From: Leucoraja erinacea
Taxonomy: Eukaryota
Direction of reading: 5' to 3'
DNA: 64,000 nucleotides
Assembly: GCF_028641065.1 (NCBI RefSeq)
Contig: NC_073406.1
Location: 15,252,001 to 15,316,000 of the forward strand
This document shows, one piece after another, positions 59,001 through 64,000 of this stretch. Every line of letters begins with the position of its first letter. Positions within the stretch are counted from its first letter, which is position 1. Position numbers and translations under genes: made by a program. The notes beneath the pieces are model-generated. The model made no database searches. It was not told the origin of the DNA and saw only the letters and a program-made list of their open reading frames with translations.

Positions 59001-61730
59001 TGTTTATCCATGGGAGTTGAGCCGTTAGAGGGCCTTTGACTGAAGCAAAGCAGACCCTGAGTGATCTGATTGAAGAGGTTGTTTCCTCTTGTAGAGAGAA
59101 TAAAGAAATAAAATCACTGTTTAAAAATAAAGAGTTACTCATTTGAGAGATTAGGCAGAATTTTTCTTCAGTGTTGTGGATTTTGGTGAAATGTTCTTGC
59201 ATTGGGAGTGGTGCATGGAAGGTTCATTAAGAGATGAAGGGTTGACTAATCTGGAATGAATGTGAAATTTCGTCCTTTTTTAAGAGTTCTGAAGAATAAA
59301 ACAAGTAATCACATTGAAAAGCACAAGATGTTAATGGGTCAACTGAAAATCTCAAAGCTAATGGACCTTTGTTTGCAATGTTTATTAAAGGTTCTGGAGC
59401 CAACATGAGTTAATGAAGTTAGAATGAAATCATGATCTAATTTAATGACAGAATAAGATTGAGGGGCTTAATATTATTTCCCTGTTCTATTTTGATTCAT
59501 TTCCTAATCCATTATTTTCAGATTCTCCAAAGGATGGTAAATTTGAAAAACCTTCACCACTGTCCATTCAAGCAATGAAGAATGCTCGAAGAAAACTGGA
59601 TGAGGAAGAAAAATGGCCCCGATCTACTAGTCCGTTAAATGGGTGAGCAAGATCCTCTTTAATGAAGTTTGTTAAAGTTATTATTAATGACTTTATGGAC
59701 AGTAATAAATTCAGTAACAACCTAAAATTATATCTTCAAATTACTTCCTGTACAAATATCGTAGCTTTCCCAAAAATTCATTAACGACAGCAGTTTGTCA
59801 ATAGACTTTCAAATAAAATCTTTCTTGTTATGCGTGCAACTCCTGAGGTGTTTTTTTGGGTTTCTAGTGTTCAAAAAGGGAAAAGCAGCCGAAGTCGAAG
59901 CAGAAGCAAAGATCGTAGTTATTCGCGATCTCGCTCCAGGTCGCATTCCCCGAGGAGGCGGTGAGTTCAAAACTTGAAATGTCAGTACTTTGCTAGTTTT
60001 CTGTCATATAATTCTCTTGATTGTCTCTTAGGACATTTGAATAAGCAAAATGTAAAAAGTCAAGTCCGTGTGACTGTGTGGGTCCCCTCAGCGTTCTGTC
60101 ATACTGTAATCTGCTCACATTAGAAGAGCAATCACTTGAGATTTATCATTTCAATGAATTGTAGGAAATGTCATAATTTTAAAGGTACATGTGGCCTTGG
60201 AATTGAACAGGTTTCTTATTTCTCCCATTCCTCTCCTTGCATTCATAAATTTACTTTTAAAACAATATTGCTTGTGCAATAGCAATAAGAAACGGTTAAA
60301 TCCTACGTGGAGAATCCAATTGGATAAAGTCAATCATTTTGACATGAATACAGTGGATTAAACATGGACCAGGGGTTTGACTTTGAATATAAAATTCTTG
60401 CTTCTGTTTATAAAGGTTTGCTATTCTTGCTTTTGCTATTTAACATTTTAATTATTTTTATGAGACTTGGTTAAATATATTTAACAAAGTTTTAGATCTT
60501 AGCACAAACTTGGGCATGCTGCAGCTTTTCAATTTTTGAAACTTTGATCAATTTCCATGCTGGTGGAACTGCTATTTATGTATTCTGACCTATGCTTCCT
60601 TATGCTACACAAAATGCTATTACCTATTATGTGTTGTATGTGAATTTTAGCTGCTGCTGCTGTTTGTTAATCAGAAATCGTTTTGAATGATTTCCCCAAT
60701 AACGCTAAAGTGGCCATGTATTTTTGAAGTCTGGTTAATCTGACCATGAGACAAAGCATGAGATTCTGGCACAGATGAACATAGTTTGTGGGGCTGTCTT
60801 CACAACAGCCTGTTGCAAACTGAATACCAAAGTGCTGGTGTTCATAGCATCCTCTGGACATGTTGAAACAACAGGAAATTACATTTTGAGAGCAGGAATT
60901 CTCTCGTTTTCTGGGCATTAAGTAGGCATTCATAACTTATGAAGGACATCTCTGCTCAAAGCCAAACCTGAGCTTGTGTGCAAACTGCTGGAGTTAAATT
61001 TTTCCAACCTCCCTCCTCCTCTTGGACCAATTTGTTGGTATATTTTAGAATGTAAATCCCCTCCATAGGAGATTCGGAAATACTATAGGACTGTAAGAGA
61101 TTGCAACCTCCCGGTAAATTTAAAACATTGAGCAGACGTTCAGGCTTCAGGAGTAAGCATTAACATGGTTAGATGAACTGGTTGGTTTGTGCTACTGTTA
61201 CACACAATATTACCTGTCCTCTGATATGTTACTAACTGCTATTGACTTCACTGGACCACTAAGATGAGGGCATTTGCTCTTGAACGCATTCATTTATATT
61301 TTTACATTAATATTAATGAGGATAAACTATTAATTTATTTAAACAAGTGTCCTTTGTCTGCAGAAGAACGAGAAGTCGCTCAGGATCTAACAGCTCTCAA
61401 TCCCACAGCCATTCAAGAAGTCGCAGTGATTCCCCTCCACAACGACACAAACGAAACTCTCCTTACATTGGCAGGCAAAAAGCAAAGGAATATGATGATA
61501 TACGAGAATACAAATATAATTCCCACAAACGCAGGCGATCACACAGCAGGAGCTTCAGTAAAAGTTTGTCAAGATCCAGAAGCAGATCCAGAGAGCGTTT
61601 GGATTTTCCTCGGAAGCACAAGGAAAGTCGAAGTCACCATAGAGAACGAAGGCATGATCCATCTCGATCTTATGAAAGATCCGCAAAACATCACAACAGT
61701 CACTCTAGTCATACTAGACACAGACGGTGA
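46820..61730 (+). CDS. CCNL2: Cyclin L2, 499 aa; join(46820..47020,48490..48564,49676..49785,50886..51006,54350..54414,56818..56917,57495..57599,57712..57853,59522..59642,59868..59960,61364..61730)
   Basis: Eleven GT-AG exons, 1500 nt open, two cyclin boxes plus a C-terminal RS domain. TLENCL, LFQRFF, KH.ME and [14 protein letters not shown] are CCNL2-type rather than CCNL1-type residues. Confidence 0.93.
48490..48564 (+). CDS. CCNL2: CCNL2 exon 2
   Basis: [25 protein letters not shown]|gtaaga. Confidence 0.95.
49676..49785 (+). CDS. CCNL2: CCNL2 exon 3
   Basis: [36 protein letters not shown]|gtaagt. Confidence 0.95.
50886..51006 (+). CDS. CCNL2: CCNL2 exon 4
   Basis: [40 protein letters not shown]. 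Confidence 0.95.
52095..52788. mobile_element. PIF/Harbinger-type MITE in CCNL2 intron 4
   Basis: Perfect 25-bp TIR TGCCCCTGTCCCACTTAGGAAACCT, TAA TSD on both sides, further imperfect subterminal inverted similarity. Confidence 0.9.
54350..54414 (+). CDS. CCNL2: CCNL2 exon 5
   Basis: [21 protein letters not shown](W)|gtaagt. Confidence 0.95.
55126..55267 (+). other. CCNL2: CCNL2 alternative poison exon (truncated beta-type isoform ending WVDPDGK*)
   Basis: Pyrimidine tract + caaag acceptor; GGTAGACCCTGATGGTAAGTGACTAAGACTTCT; stop at 55145-55147; donors after 55139 (gtaagt) and 55267 (gtatat). Matches the recalled human CCNL2 short-isoform end WVASEGK*. Confidence 0.75.
56818..56917 (+). CDS. 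CCNL2: CCNL2 exon 6
   Basis: [33 protein letters not shown]. Confidence 0.95.
57495..57599 (+). CDS. CCNL2: CCNL2 exon 7
   Basis: [35 protein letters not shown]|gtatgg. Confidence 0.95.
57712..57853 (+). CDS. CCNL2: CCNL2 exon 8
   Basis: [47 protein letters not shown]. Confidence 0.93.
58569..59002. mobile_element. Internally deleted Tc1/mariner element inserted in a CR1 fragment
   Basis: TA + CAGTGCCCTCCATAATGTTTGGGACAAAGAC, a perfect 31-bp TIR extending imperfectly to about 55 bp; inner direct repeat CATAATGTTTGGGAC at about 58794. Confidence 0.85.
59522..59642 (+). CDS. CCNL2: CCNL2 exon 9
   Basis: [41 protein letters not shown]|gtgagc. Confidence 0.9.
59868..59960 (+). CDS. CCNL2: CCNL2 exon 10 (start of RS domain)
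   Basis: [30 protein letters not shown]|gtgagt. Confidence 0.92.
61364..61730 (+). CDS. CCNL2: CCNL2 exon 11 (RS domain, stop)
   Basis: [11 protein letters not shown]...SHTRHRR*. Confidence 0.93.
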
Positions 61731-62508
61731 TGGACTCGGCCTGCATCTTTGTTGTTGGCATTGCCTTGTATTACTCCAGGATTTATACATAATCTCTAAA
61801 CTGTTAGAGATTTAAATAGGTTCTTTTCTGTAAATTGCACTGCTAATTTTGTAGTTTTCTGAAGGCAGATGCAGTGGCTCCTGCTGACAATAGTGTCTCG
61901 CCTAGAGCTGATCACTTTCATATTCAATTTTCTGAAACTTTGGTGATGTACAGGTTTACAGTCTTGTGTTATTTCAGGGTTTATTTATTTTTAATTTGCC
62001 AGTGTTAAATGTGATTTCAAATTTGCTTTCTGATTGTATATAAGGCCATAAACATGTATGTACATGTTTCTGTGTTGGGGCAAGAGCAAGAGAGAGAGTG
62101 AGAGTGTCCTTTATGTTTCTTTCAGTTCATTGCACATTTTTGGCACTTTTAAAGGTGTGCCCAGTCAGGTGCCAATTTCATATAAAAAATAATTTAAAGT
62201 CCCTTTTAAATGTGTAATTACTTACCATCTGTTATCTTATACTCAGTCCCAGCTATAATACTTGGATTGCTGTTATATTTTTAAGGATTCATGGCTACTT
62301 CTCATTGCTGCTGCATATATACATTTTTTAAAGAAAGTAGCCATGCTCTTTGCAGTTATGTAAAATACCATAATATTTTTATTTGGGAAATAATGTACCT
62401 GAGTGGTTATTTGTTTTTTGTAAAGAGATTTTCTTTTTTTTTGAGGGGATTGGTTATTCACCACTGATAATTGTCTATTCAAGTGTATATGTTCTGTTCT
62501 ATTAATAG

Positions 62509-62638
62509 AATAAATTGCTTAACCAGGAGATACTGTACATAGGCCTTTTAATGTAGTGCAGTGAACATACATGTGCCTTGAATATGTACGTTTTATGAAC
62601 TACAACTGGGATTTGAATATGCATATACTGTAAATAAA
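62509..62638 (+). terminator. Candidate CCNL2 polyadenylation signals
   Basis: AATAAA at 62509-62514 and 62633-62638, at the end of an AT-rich, TGTA-rich 3' UTR. Confidence 0.6.
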
Positions 62639-62959
62639 TTTTTTAACAAACAAATCGCCAGTGAAATGAAATTATACCAATTGATGTTCACCATCATTAC
62701 CAGCTCAAACTATTACTTCAGCCTGGAAATGAGGTTTACTTGAAGTGCGCAACCAATCCTGCTCAGTAAATAATTAGGCAAATTACCGCATGCTTGTTGC
62801 CGAAAAGGTTGGAGAGATTCAATGTTTTCCTGTCATGTTTCTTTTATTTAATATTTGTACTCTACCATCTGGCAAAGTCTGAATAGGATGCAGTTTTTTA
62901 GTCCAGAAGCACGATCCATTGTTTTCCTTACAATTAGGATTGAGTATTTAATTAGAAAT

Positions 62960-63250
62960 AACACGGCTGGTAGAGCAGCTGCTTCAGCGCCACAGACCTG
63001 TGTTCGATCCTAACTGTAGGTGCTGTCTGTGGAGTTTGCACATTCTCCCTGTGACTGGATTTCATCTGCATGCTAAATCCTAAAGACATGTGGGTTTGTA
63101 GGTTTATTGGCGTCTGTAAATGGTTTCTAGTGTAGGGAATGGATGTGAAAGCAGGATAACATGGATCTAGTGCGAATGGATGATTGATGGTCAGCATGGA
63201 CTCGGTGGGACGAAGGACTTGTTTCAATGGTGTATCATTCAATCAATCAA
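62960..63250 (+). mobile_element. HE1-like V-SINE (diverged)
   Basis: ggtagagcagctgc...gttcgatcc...gtgctgtctgtggagtttgcacattctccctgtgac...gaaggacttgtttc with (ATCA)n tail. Confidence 0.7.
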
Positions 63251-64000
63251 GCCACATGTTCCACATTCAAAGTTCTGTGACAAAGGGCATTCTCAAACAT
63301 GATTTTTTTTTTTTTTCCCCCCCCCCCCCCCCCCCCCCTCATTTCTATTCCCTGGAGCCACCCTGCCAGTGCTGACAGTTATCATTTGTTAATTCCATCA
63401 AGCTCTTCTGCACAGCACCTGACAGTGGTACAACATGCCCTGTACTCCATTCAGACCCAATCCCAAGTCCTTGTGTTATTTTTGTCCTTTAACATAATTT
63501 GACATGTCTTCACAACTCCTGTCTCCAAGATACTGAGTTACTTCAAGCAGGTAAAATGCAATCCTTCATTTTGTCAATTTACAGCTTGCCGTTTTGATTA
63601 GCTTACAAATCTGAATGGAATTATCAGTGTTCAGTACACTAAATGAGTAGAGAAATTAAAAACGTATTTCTTCGGCATCTTTTAGAAAGCCACAATGCCA
63701 TCTAAACAAAGTCCATAGCAGAAGAAGGGTTGTGCATGGAGTTTTGTGTTGGAATGTTAAATGAGCTTTCAATAGTATTTTCTGGGCCAAATGCACCAGT
63801 GCTGCTCGGTAACCGATGTTTCTCTGCCGGATTGCAGTCTAGTGGGGTTGTGAATGAAAAAAACGATGAGAGGGGCATTCAGTGAGATGATGGAAATGTG
63901 TTAGTGCCACAGACTTGCCTTTCCCTAAATCTGCCTTTTTCGAGGGTAGATGAGTCCTGAACTAGAAGGCTAGGTGAGGGGGGTAAGATTTAAATGAAGG

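Noticed and set aside
46820-61730. Naming the cyclin as CCNL1
   Set aside because: Diagnostic residues ([20 protein letters not shown]), poison-exon sequence and 1p36-type neighbours favour CCNL2.
61264-61815. 183-aa alternative-frame ORF over the CCNL2 last exon
   Set aside because: Shifted frame of low-complexity RS-coding DNA; the splice phase selects the RS frame.

Overview
Eukaryotic vertebrate genomic DNA, inferred from its repeat content (HE1-type V-SINEs, CR1, Rex1/Babar and abundant Penelope-like pieces) to be an elasmobranch, probably a skate or ray. I assembled three spliced + strand genes by hand from GT-AG sites and phase continuity. (1) A 7-exon, 265-aa membrane TNF receptor of the OX40/4-1BB/GITR group, most like TNFRSF4/OX40 (2736-14852). 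(2) A TNFRSF14/HVEM-like gene (about 25907-39662). Its signal peptide, CRD1, CRD2 and half of CRD3 splice in frame not to the usual CRD3/4, transmembrane and tail exons but to one 746-nt exon encoding an 11-residue-repeat (hendecad) amphipathic helix plus a lone C-terminal Cys. This predicts a secreted, self-oligomerising decoy receptor and is the top finding. (3) Cyclin L2 (CCNL2, 11 exons, 499 aa, 46820-61730) with its conserved poison exon. The rest is transposon-rich: a hAT element with a decayed CGGBP1/DUF659-type transposase, Harbinger and Tc1 MITEs, a TIR element starting with a perfect 38-bp palindrome, a 2.1-kb tandem duplication, and Penelope pseudo-LTRs with hammerhead-like cores. 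Most ORFs in the supplied track are spurious. Gene names and family assignments come from recalled sequence similarity, not database searches.
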